From: Acidimicrobiia bacterium
GTDB lineage: Bacteria > Actinomycetota > Acidimicrobiia > IMCC26256 > PALSA-610
Assembly: GCA_038239145.1 (NCBI GenBank)
Contig: JBBSFB010000015.1
Location: 11,270-75,269, forward strand
Length of the DNA stretch: 64,000 bases
Direction: 5' to 3'
Positions 55,586 to 63,139 of this stretch are shown in pieces. The notes beneath the pieces are model-generated. The model had not been told where the DNA came from. It searched no databases and saw nothing but the letters and a program-made list of their open reading frames with translations. The translations under genes and the position numbers were made by a program. Numbering within the stretch: the stretch's first letter is position 1; every line of letters starts with the position of its first letter.

Positions 55586-55849
55586 TCAGGCGGGTGTTAC
55601 GAGGTCGAGATGCGCCTCGACGGTTCCGTCCAAGACCTCGAGCTCGATGTTGCCGTCCGGATCGAGATCGATGATCCGCGCGACTCTCGGGTCAGCGTCG
55701 TCGTCGCCGACGATCGCGTAGCCGCCAACCACGGCCACGAACCCGGGACGGGCGTCGGCACATCGGGTCCAGAGGCGACGCCCGTCGGTCATGTCCATGA
55801 AGTCGACCGCGAGGTCGTACCGAGCGGTCGCGTCGGCTCCCGGTTCCAT
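55586..55849 (-). CDS. Hypothetical 87-aa protein
   Basis: Compact ORF with acidic composition (…IVGDDDADPRVARIIDLDPDGNIELEVLDG…). A decayed homolog sits at the equivalent position of element Y. Confidence 0.55.
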   Translation of the reverse strand: MEPGADATARYDLAVDFMDMTDGRRLWTRCADARPGFVAVVGGYAIVGDDDADPRVARIIDLDPDGNIELEVLDGTVEAHLDLVTPA

Positions 55850-55900
55850 AGCCCTCCCACATTACGGCCCAGTTTGCCTATCTGCACTAGTTCAGATATC

Positions 55901-56371
55901 ATGATTGTCGTGAAGACAACGACCTTTCCGTACAGCGCCTTTCTGCGAGGACCGAGCGATGTCCTGCCGCGGCTTGACGACGGGGATGTGCTGCTGGAAC
56001 GCAGGGACGACGAGAACCTTGTCCTCACGAGCTTCGGTCGCTTCATCGCCCGCCAGGAGGGCATGACGTTCGCCGCGCACCTCTTGGGCGACGTCGTGAG
56101 GAATCAGAGCGAGCTCATCACCGGACTTCTCGCCAAAGAACTTCCGTGGCTGCGCTGGTTGCCCGCCGCCGAACAATCCGAGTGCATCAACGAACTGCTC
56201 GGCGAGCTCGCCGCCGGGGCGGAAACCGGTGTACTCGAACCGTTCGCCCGCGCGCTCTCGGCCTGGCGCTCCACTGCTGAGGTGTGGAGCGACCCGGAGT
56301 TGGCTCGCCGCCTGCAGGGACCGTTTCACGGCGACGGTGAGAAGATTCGCCGCCCGACCCGCAAGCGGTGA
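55901..56371 (+). CDS. Putative Phd/YefM-like antitoxin with an extended C-terminal domain
   Basis: The N-terminus (FPYSAFLRGPSDVLPRLDDGDVLLERRDDENLVLTS) has a Phd/YefM-like pattern. GTGA overlap with the downstream small basic protein. Confidence 0.5.
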   Translation: MIVVKTTTFPYSAFLRGPSDVLPRLDDGDVLLERRDDENLVLTSFGRFIARQEGMTFAAHLLGDVVRNQSELITGLLAKELPWLRWLPAAEQSECINELLGELAAGAETGVLEPFARALSAWRSTAEVWSDPELARRLQGPFHGDGEKIRRPTRKR

Positions 56372-56727
56372 CGACAAGACGCGGTGATGCAATCCCGCGA
56401 CCACGACCATGGACGGTCAAGGCCGCGGACCTCACGGCGGGCAAGGGATGGGACTCCGTCGTCGCGCAACATCCGGAGGCAGCCGACCGCGCATGGGTCG
56501 CGATGACGAGCGACCCGCGCCGAACCGACGCTCGGCAGCACCAACTCAAAGGCGCGCTCGGCAGCGTCTCGGTCGGTGGGGCAACCTTGCAACAATGGCA
56601 GTTCGAAGCGACGGCCGGCGGACGGATCTGGTACGCGATCGACGACGAAGCACGCGTTCTCTGGGTAACGCACGCGGGTACCGGACATCCGAAACAGACC
56701 GAGACACCTCGTCGGAAGAAGCGCTGA
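56368..56727 (+). CDS. Putative RelE/ParE-superfamily toxin
   Basis: 119 aa. C-terminal GGRIWYAIDDEARVLWVTHAGTGHPKQT resembles the RelE/ParE core. Translationally coupled to the upstream gene. Confidence 0.45.
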   Translation: MTTRRGDAIPRPRPWTVKAADLTAGKGWDSVVAQHPEAADRAWVAMTSDPRRTDARQHQLKGALGSVSVGGATLQQWQFEATAGGRIWYAIDDEARVLWVTHAGTGHPKQTETPRRKKR

Positions 56728-56736
56728 CACGCGCGG

Positions 56737-57024
56737 TTGCGCGCCGACGGCGGCAAACGACGCGGCGAACATCTCGAGGCAACCGTCGCTCGTGACGACG
56801 AGCTCGACGAACTCATCGAAGAGATCATCATCGACGCCCACGGCGACGAGGGCTACTGGTCGTTTCTCGAAGCCTTCGAAGACGAAGTGTCCTTCCCGGT
56901 GGCGGCGTCGCTTGTCGGGATGCTGGTCGTCGTCACCGCCATCGACTTCGACCTGACCACCGGCACGGACCCCGCGGTCAGCCGCCTCGTCGCCGCGTAT
57001 CGACGCTGGCTCGGAATCACGTAG
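56737..57024 (+). pseudogene. Truncated paralog of the 62159-63139 gene (N-terminal domain only)
   Basis: DELIEEIIIDAHGDEGYWSFLEAFEDEV...AIDFD...LVAAYRRW aligns with DELIGEIIVDAYGDHEQLWAFRQAFQDN...AVDFD...LLDAYRRW. It has an internal gap, lacks the ~200-aa C-terminal domain, and only a TTG start is available. Confidence 0.5.
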
Positions 57025-57080
57025 GACCGAAAGAGCGTCAGAGCGCTCGCAAGAGTCGCTTCCAAGAGCCGTAGCCGACG

Positions 57081-57887
57081 TCAGAACAAGGTGTCCTGTC
57101 CCGCTGGTTCGGTGGCGGGCGAACCCACGATCACCGGCGGCACGGGAGCCGCGGGGTCGCCGTCCGACGCCGCTGCGAGACGCCAAGCGCGAACGTGCGC
57201 CGAAGGATCGACACCAGCACGCGCCAACGCCGCCTCAAGGCCTTCCAGCGCGGCGAAGCCGGGCAGGGCCGCGAGCCGAACGATCCCCGAACCCGAATCC
57301 AGCCCTATCGCGACGGCTGCGGGGCGCTCCTCGCGGGGAAGATGCCCTGCCGCGTCCATGATGCCGGCGGTGAGAGCGGCCGCGTCGCGCGATGGCATCA
57401 ACTCCCCCGCGTCCAAAAGGCTGCGCCATCGGCTCGGATCTCCGACGATCACACGAGCCGCGGCCCAACGCCGCAGCGGCGGCCAGACCGGCCGCTTCAC
57501 GACGACAACGCCGGGTTCGGCGCCAGTGCCGCCACCACCTTCGTCGGGATCGAACACCTCGGCCTCGACGGCAAACCCGTCGCCGGCAACGAACCACTCT
57601 GCAAGCTGCTGCTCGTCCGCGCGAGTGAGCACGCCGGACTCAACGATATGAACGATCAAATGGTGGCTCGCCCTTCGCCACCGATGATCCGTGCAAAGCA
57701 GGGCGGCCGTGACGACGGCTCCCTCCGGCTCGGCGGCGTGGAACCGGCGGAAAAGAACGTAGGGCTCCTCCCACTGCGTCGATGACCGCATGCCGTGCCA
57801 CGACAGCAGCGTGCTCCACAACTCCGCGACCGTCGAGGCGCGGTGCAGATCCTCGAACGTCTCGACCCACGTCGGGCGAATCAACAT
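57081..57887 (-). CDS. Hypothetical 268-aa protein, operonic partner of the primase-helicase
   Basis: The ATG is preceded by GAGAGGA, 15 nt after the helicase stop. No family recognised. The C-terminal part has two HEAT-like stretches (GIVRLAALPGFAAL, SAHVRAWRLAA). Confidence 0.6.
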   Translation of the reverse strand: MLIRPTWVETFEDLHRASTVAELWSTLLSWHGMRSSTQWEEPYVLFRRFHAAEPEGAVVTAALLCTDHRWRRASHHLIVHIVESGVLTRADEQQLAEWFVAGDGFAVEAEVFDPDEGGGGTGAEPGVVVVKRPVWPPLRRWAAARVIVGDPSRWRSLLDAGELMPSRDAAALTAGIMDAAGHLPREERPAAVAIGLDSGSGIVRLAALPGFAALEGLEAALARAGVDPSAHVRAWRLAAASDGDPAAPVPPVIVGSPATEPAGQDTLF

Positions 57888-57902
57888 ACGGATCCTCTCA
57901 CC

Positions 57903-60311
57903 TCAGATCGGCTCAGTGTCCGGCGGCGCGTCGGGTGGTTCGCTCGTCGGGGCGCGTTTGGTGGTGACCGATTCGAAGCCGAGGGTGGTGTATGCCTTGC
58001 GGCGTTCGTTGTGCATGCGGACGAGTGCGGGGATGAAGATGTCGAGGTAATCGTGGACTTCGACGCGGAGTTTGGTGTCGGTCGGCCGCAGAATCCGACC
58101 GACGTATTGCACGACGCTGCCTTTGAACTTGATGGGGAACGCGAGGAACAGGGTGTCCAGAGGCGGGCAGTCGAAGCCTTCGCCGAGCAGGCCGGCCGTC
58201 GCGACAAGGAGCAGCCCGCCGTTCGGTCGGGGTTGGGAAAGCTGGTCGGTGACGGCAGCGCGTGCTCGGGTACCGATCTGGCCGTGGAGTACGAGTGGTG
58301 TCAGATTTTTCGTGGTGAGGATCTCGACGATGGCGTTGAGATGGTCGGTCCATCGGGTGAGCACGAGACAGTTTCGGCCCGAGCTGACGGCGTTGTGGAT
58401 GTCGTCGCAGATGGCGCGGGTTCTTGCTTGGTCTTCGACGAGCTCGCGGAAGATGGTCTGGATGTGCTGACCGTCGGGGGCGTCGTGATCGGTGTGGTGG
58501 ACGATCAGATCGAGCGAGCGGAGCGCGCTGTGGGCGTGGGGGGCCATGTGATGTCGAACGGGGCCGCAGTGCATCGCGATCATGGCTTGGAGGCCGTCGC
58601 GGCGGTAAGGGGTGGCGGTGAGGCCGACCCACCGGCGGACGGGTATCTCTCGTACTGCCCGCTCGAAAGTGACGGCGGGGACGTGATGGCATTCGTCGAC
58701 GACGACGAGCCCGTAGCCCGCGGCGAGTTGGGCGAGGTCGTCGCGGCGAGCAAGGCTTTGGATCATCGCGACGTCCACGATTTGGCTGGTTCGGCTGCGG
58801 CCCCCACCGATCTGGCCGATCTGTTTGGCCGTCAGTCCGAGGTGTGTCGCGAGTTGCTTTCGCCACTGCTCGACGAGTGGTTTGCGGTCCACGATCACCA
58901 GGGTCGGCGTCGCGTGATGGGCGATCAGCGCGCAGCCGACCACGGTCTTCCCCGACCCGGGCGGCGCGACAAGTACCCCGAGCTCGTGGCAGGCAAGCGC
59001 CTCCGTCGCCGCGGTTTGCTCTGCGGCGAGTACCGCCCGCAACGTCACGTCGATCGGTTCGACATCGGCGTATCCGTCGAGGACTGTCAAGCGGCTCCCG
59101 GCCTCCTTGACGATCGTCGCAGCCTTGTCGCGCAGGCCGCGCGGGAGGAGCAGTTGATCGAGGGTCTCGCGGTAGCAACGAATGAACCGCGGTGTTTTCC
59201 ACGTCGAGAAACGCAGTTTCTCCTTCTCGTAGAACTCGGGGTTGTGCACCGACGCCGCGTGTTTCAGCGCCGCCAAGATCGTTGGTGGCACACCAATACG
59301 GTCGATCGCAAGCATCGCTGCAGCGCGCGCCCGGATCTGCGGAGGCGGCTTCGGTTGCGGGACTGACTTCGACGGTCGTCGGAACGTGGACGCGTCCGGG
59401 CCCAGGGCCAGCTCCCCGAAACCAGCGGCCATCGCCTCCGCGGCGTCGGGTCCGACACGATCGAGCGATGCGAGGAACGCCCACTGATCTTCGAACGGCG
59501 CCAGCGTCAACGGGTCGAGGAACACGGTGGTTTCGTGCTTGCAGCACGCGCCCTGCAACGGGAGCGCAATCAGGTTCCCGAAGGAGCCCTTCGGTAAGAA
59601 GTCCTGAGCCGGAAAGAGACGGTCATAGCTGATCAAGTCCAGCTCAGCCCGCTCGGTCATCGCCTCTCGCAACAAGTGCACACCGATCCGGCGCGCTGAC
59701 GCGGCCGGGACCGGACCCGAAAAGAACACCCAGACGTGCGCGCCTTCTCCAGATCGAGACCGTTCCAGCGCGACCGGTATCCCCGCCGCTTGCGCCGCGT
59801 CCAGGTAGGCGAGCGCGTCCAACGTCCAGCCCGCACCGTCGAAGTCACAGACCAAGAACCGACAGGTATCCCCACGCAGCAACGTGTACAGACCGACGTG
59901 GATCTCACCCGCCAGGTGCCGCTCGACGATCTCATCGGTCAACGGCAGGTACTCGCGGTCGGGCCGTCGTGCATTGGCCCAACCACCCCGTACTGCCGGA
60001 CCCCACCCGGCCTTGCCCGTACGACTGTTCTCCCAACGCACCGCGTAGACGTCGTCTCGCCCGACGAACAGTGAACCGAACAACGCCACTTTCGCCGGCC
60101 GGGGCGACGACCCATCAACCAGGCCGTCAGTCCCGTTCGATCGCGCGGGCTGGTCGCAAAATAGTGATGGGGACCAGCCCGTCACCGCGGCGCTCTCGGC
60201 GCGCCGGTCGAATCCCAACAGGTCGCGCAGCCGCGCGTTCTCAGCCCGTAACTCGGCGAGTTCGGCCGTCAGTGCAGCGAGAGAAGGGTCCTCGGAGATA
60301 ACGAGGAACAT
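57903..60311 (-). CDS. Archaeo-eukaryotic primase (PrimPol-like) domain fused to an SF2 DEAH-type helicase
   Basis: N-terminal coiled coil (LAELRAENARLRDLL). AEP motifs LVCDFDG (DxD) and SRSGEGAHVWVFF. Helicase motifs APPGSGKT, VVDECHH, GLTATP, VVQYVGRILR. The start is ATG 60311 or GTG 60332. Confidence 0.85.
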   Translation of the reverse strand: MFLVISEDPSLAALTAELAELRAENARLRDLLGFDRRAESAAVTGWSPSLFCDQPARSNGTDGLVDGSSPRPAKVALFGSLFVGRDDVYAVRWENSRTGKAGWGPAVRGGWANARRPDREYLPLTDEIVERHLAGEIHVGLYTLLRGDTCRFLVCDFDGAGWTLDALAYLDAAQAAGIPVALERSRSGEGAHVWVFFSGPVPAASARRIGVHLLREAMTERAELDLISYDRLFPAQDFLPKGSFGNLIALPLQGACCKHETTVFLDPLTLAPFEDQWAFLASLDRVGPDAAEAMAAGFGELALGPDASTFRRPSKSVPQPKPPPQIRARAAAMLAIDRIGVPPTILAALKHAASVHNPEFYEKEKLRFSTWKTPRFIRCYRETLDQLLLPRGLRDKAATIVKEAGSRLTVLDGYADVEPIDVTLRAVLAAEQTAATEALACHELGVLVAPPGSGKTVVGCALIAHHATPTLVIVDRKPLVEQWRKQLATHLGLTAKQIGQIGGGRSRTSQIVDVAMIQSLARRDDLAQLAAGYGLVVVDECHHVPAVTFERAVREIPVRRWVGLTATPYRRDGLQAMIAMHCGPVRHHMAPHAHSALRSLDLIVHHTDHDAPDGQHIQTIFRELVEDQARTRAICDDIHNAVSSGRNCLVLTRWTDHLNAIVEILTTKNLTPLVLHGQIGTRARAAVTDQLSQPRPNGGLLLVATAGLLGEGFDCPPLDTLFLAFPIKFKGSVVQYVGRILRPTDTKLRVEVHDYLDIFIPALVRMHNERRKAYTTLGFESVTTKRAPTSEPPDAPPDTEPI

Positions 60312-60453
60312 GTTGCCACAGCCCACCGCCACGCCCGCGGCCGCATACAGCCAGGCCGACCTCGCGCGGTGCGGTCAGCGGGTGGGGTCTCAGAGAGCCG
60401 ACTGTTCGGGTACGGCCCCGGCGGCACCTGCGTTGACCTGCTCTGACCGGTGC

Positions 60454-60476
60454 ATTCTACCGATGTCTTCTACCGG
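60454..60476 (+). repeat. CTTCTACCGG motif (60467-60476) plus a 9-nt partial copy (ATTCTACCG, 60454-60462, matching 8 nt TTCTACCG) upstream of the integrase
   Basis: Read directly. The same 10-mer recurs three times at the integrase 3' end. Confidence 0.8.
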
Positions 60477-60509
60477 CCGCGCACCGTGCCGGCCGGAGGA
60501 GATGTCGGC

Positions 60510-61670
60510 ATGAAGGGTTACGTCGTCCGCATGGGCAATCAGTACTACGCGGTCATCTACGAGGGACGCGATCCAGTCACGGGACGCGAGCGTCGCCGTT
60601 GGCATCCGGCCGGACCCGATCGCGGCAAGGCCGACGCGCTCGCCGGGCAGCTCGCGCACGAGCGCGCGCATGACCCCGCCACGCGGCGGAGCAGCCTCAC
60701 CGTTGGCGTGTACCTCACGCAACGGTGGCTGCCGAGCAAACAAGTCGCGTTACGGCCGAGCACGTGGGCGAGTTACCGGAACAACATCGAACTGCACATC
60801 GTTCCCGCGATCGGGAGGGTTCCGCTGCGGCATCTGCGACCCGATCACATCGAGCGCCTGTACGCGAATCTGCTCGCCGACGGCAACAGCGTCCGACCCG
60901 GTGGGCTCGACGCCAAGACCGTGCTCGAGATCCACATGGTGCTACGCCGCGCGCTCACCGACGCACAACGGCGCGGGATGATCGTCGCGAACCCGGCTGC
61001 AATCGCGCACGCACCCAAACGCCGTCCGCTCGCATCCGCGACCCCACGCGCGTGGAACGCGCATCAACTACGCACGTTTCTCGACCTCTCCGCAGATCAT
61101 CGCCTGCACGCAGCGCTGTGGGTCTCGGCAAACACCGGTGTGCGCCGCGGGGAACTCCTCGGTCTCCGCTGGGGTGACGTCGAGCTCGACACCGCGCGGA
61201 TGTCGGTAAGCCGGGCGCTGGTCAGCGTCGGCTACGAGATCCACGAATCACGCGGTAAGACCCGCACCGCACGACGTTGCATCGACCTCGACCAACGGAC
61301 CATCGAAGTCCTCCGGCGATGGCGCGAACGACGCTGCTCCGAGGACGCCGACGATCCCGTCAGCGACGACGCGTACGTGTTCGCAACCGCCAACGGCCGA
61401 CCGACCCATCCCCACCTGATGTCCGACGCGTTCCAGAAGCCCGTGAAACGCTCCGGCCTCCCGCGCATCCGACTCCACGACCTGCGTCACACCCACGCGA
61501 CACTGCTCCTGAAAGCCGGCGTCCCCATCAAAGTCGTCAGCGAACGACTCGGACACGCCACGCCCGCCTTCACCATGGCCACCTACCAACACGTCCTGCC
61601 CGGCATGCAGGCCGAGGCCGCGCAGACCTTCGCGGACCTGCTCGAACTTCTACCGGCTTCAACCCGGTAG
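60510..61670 (+). CDS. Tyrosine recombinase / phage-type integrase
   Basis: The ATG at 60510 is preceded by GGAGGA. MKGYVVRMGNQYYAVIYEG N-terminal SAM-like domain. Catalytic LHDLRHTHATLLLKAGVPIKVVSERLGHATPAFTMATYQH. Confidence 0.9.
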   Translation: MKGYVVRMGNQYYAVIYEGRDPVTGRERRRWHPAGPDRGKADALAGQLAHERAHDPATRRSSLTVGVYLTQRWLPSKQVALRPSTWASYRNNIELHIVPAIGRVPLRHLRPDHIERLYANLLADGNSVRPGGLDAKTVLEIHMVLRRALTDAQRRGMIVANPAAIAHAPKRRPLASATPRAWNAHQLRTFLDLSADHRLHAALWVSANTGVRRGELLGLRWGDVELDTARMSVSRALVSVGYEIHESRGKTRTARRCIDLDQRTIEVLRRWRERRCSEDADDPVSDDAYVFATANGRPTHPHLMSDAFQKPVKRSGLPRIRLHDLRHTHATLLLKAGVPIKVVSERLGHATPAFTMATYQHVLPGMQAEAAQTFADLLELLPASTR

Positions 61671-61685
61671 AAGTCCCGGTAGAAG
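61647..61685 (+). repeat. CTTCTACCGG (61647-61656) and two inverted copies CCGGTAGAAG (61664-61673, 61676-61685) spanning the integrase stop codon
   Basis: Read directly. Confidence 0.85.
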
Positions 61686-61698
61686 CCAGCCGTGCGCG

Positions 61699-61727
61699 CA
61701 GAGGCCCCGCCATCGGCGGGGCCTCTG
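61699..61727 (+). terminator. Perfect 13-bp GC-rich hairpin downstream of the integrase
   Basis: CAGAGGCCCCGCC-ATC-GGCGGGGCCTCTG. Only a weak T-tract follows (ATTTCGTT). Confidence 0.55.
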
Positions 61728-61740
61728 ACCAGCATTTCGT

Positions 61741-61785
61741 TGGTGGCGGGGGCAGGATTTGAACCTGCGACCTTCGGGTTATGAG
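61741..61785 (-). other. 3' half of tRNA-Met(CAT) with CCA (att fragment B). No 5' half is present.
   Basis: Minus strand: CTCATAA-CCCGA-AGGTC-GCAGG-TTCAAAT-CCTGC-CCCCGCC-A-CCA folds correctly. The upstream sequence cannot form the D-arm or the 5' acceptor strand. Confidence 0.8.
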
Positions 61786-61960
61786 GGCCCAGTATCGTGA
61801 CCTCTGATCCCTGTTACTCCCGTGCAGTACCAATGACGGGGCGTTTCGCGCGACGTTCATGACGTCCGGTCCCGTGTGGTCCCGTCCAGTACCGCGATGA
61901 ACGGCAGAAATCACGGCACCACGTGCGATGCAGAACGACACGTCGCGCTCGGTGCTCGGG
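61741..61960 (+). repeat. ~220-nt arm repeat B (homologous to 55361-55580), with sub-repeats starting at about 61796 and 61858
   Basis: See repeat A. Confidence 0.85.
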
Positions 61961-61964
61961 CGGA

Positions 61965-62153
61965 CGATCTTACCGACGGGATGGCCGTTGTTGTCGATAA
62001 GTCCGGGGAGGTGGACGGGATCGACCTCGGGAGCTCCGTGTCAAACCTCATGACGGGGCGCGACCGGTTACGGACCTTGCCGTCGGCTTCGATCGGCAAG
62101 CAGCCAACTTGCCGAGGGCGCGAGTTGCCGGTGTCGGTGGCGCGTATGGTCAC
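61965..62153 (-). pseudogene. Decayed, frameshifted remnant homologous to the 87-aa gene of element X
   Basis: MTIRATDTGNSRPRQVGCLPIEADGKV aligns with ...IVGDDDADPRVARIIDLDPDGNI. The C-terminal similarity (PEVDPVHL vs LEVLDGTVEAHL) continues only in another frame. Confidence 0.3.
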
Positions 62154-62158
62154 GTCTC

Positions 62159-63139
62159 GTGGGTGATGGGATCGACGAGCTCATCGGAGAGATCATCGTC
62201 GACGCGTACGGCGATCACGAGCAGCTGTGGGCGTTCCGTCAGGCGTTCCAAGACAATGCTCGCTTCCCGTTCCGCGGCCGGGTGGTTGGCGTCGAGGTCG
62301 ACGTTTCTGCGGTCGACTTCGACGGCAACGAACGCCACGGGCTGATCGCGGTGTGCGGGCGAGCGAATGGGCGCCACACCGTCTCGCTGATCGATGTCGC
62401 ACCGATCGGGCCTCTGCCGCTCGAGACTCGACAGCTCCTCGACGCCTATCGGCGCTGGTCGGGCGCAGCCCCGTTCGCGCTCGACACAACCGCGCGCGCC
62501 GACCCTTGGGTGTACCCGCGATTCGCGTCGGTCGAGATCGACATCGGGCGCCCGCTGGCGCTGAACCCCAGGGGCGAATGGGACCCCGACGACGAGTACT
62601 GGGGCGAACCGGGCGAGTCACCAAATCCGCTGTGCCGTGATGTCATCGCCGCCGGCGTGCGGCCGTGCTTCGAGATGGAGCAGGTGCTTCCCGGTGCCGA
62701 TGTCCACGATTGGGACCGCGACCCCATCGTCGATGCCGTCGAGTTGCACCGTGCCGGGCATCACCGCGACGCGATCCGAGTTCTCGAAGACGTCCTCGCG
62801 ATCGACAACCGGTGCATCGACGCGTGGGGCCACCTCGGTCTTGTCGCCTTCGAGACCCGCGGCCCAGGGCCCGCACTCGAGTTCTATGAGACCGGCGTCT
62901 CGGTCGCCGAAGCATCACTGCCGCCGGGGTTCGGCGACGTGCTCCCCTGGGCGATGATCGACAACCGACCGTTCCTGCGCTGTTTGCACGGCCTGGCGCT
63001 ATGCGCGTGGCGGCAGCGCCGCTGGGATGACGCCGAGGAGATCTTCACGGCGCGGATGTGGCTCGACCCGTCCGGATGGCCAGACGCGCTCGCCTGCCTC
63101 CAGCCGGTCCGGGCTCGGCAACGGTGGACACGAGTATGA
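62159..63139 (+). CDS. Hypothetical two-domain protein (IVDAYGD-type N-domain plus TPR-like C-domain)
   Basis: 326 aa. C-terminal CIDAWGHLGLVAFE...IDNRPFLRCLHGLALCAWRQRRWDDAEEIF looks TPR-like. Confidence 0.65.
   Translation: MGDGIDELIGEIIVDAYGDHEQLWAFRQAFQDNARFPFRGRVVGVEVDVSAVDFDGNERHGLIAVCGRANGRHTVSLIDVAPIGPLPLETRQLLDAYRRWSGAAPFALDTTARADPWVYPRFASVEIDIGRPLALNPRGEWDPDDEYWGEPGESPNPLCRDVIAAGVRPCFEMEQVLPGADVHDWDRDPIVDAVELHRAGHHRDAIRVLEDVLAIDNRCIDAWGHLGLVAFETRGPGPALEFYETGVSVAEASLPPGFGDVLPWAMIDNRPFLRCLHGLALCAWRQRRWDDAEEIFTARMWLDPSGWPDALACLQPVRARQRWTRV

Larger units (their letters stand above)
55361..61740. mobile_element. Integrated element X: att-type tRNA-Met fragment, arm, TA pair, AEP-primase/helicase, integrase
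   Basis: Bounded by two homologous tRNA-Met(CAT) 3'-half fragments in the same orientation (55361 and 61741). The integrase 3' end lies 70 nt from the right fragment. Confidence 0.65.

Noticed and set aside
61570-61941. A 123-aa minus-strand ORF spanning the integrase terminator, att fragment B and the arm repeats.
   Set aside because: It reads through a tRNA-derived sequence and conserved non-coding repeats. Its composition is not protein-like.
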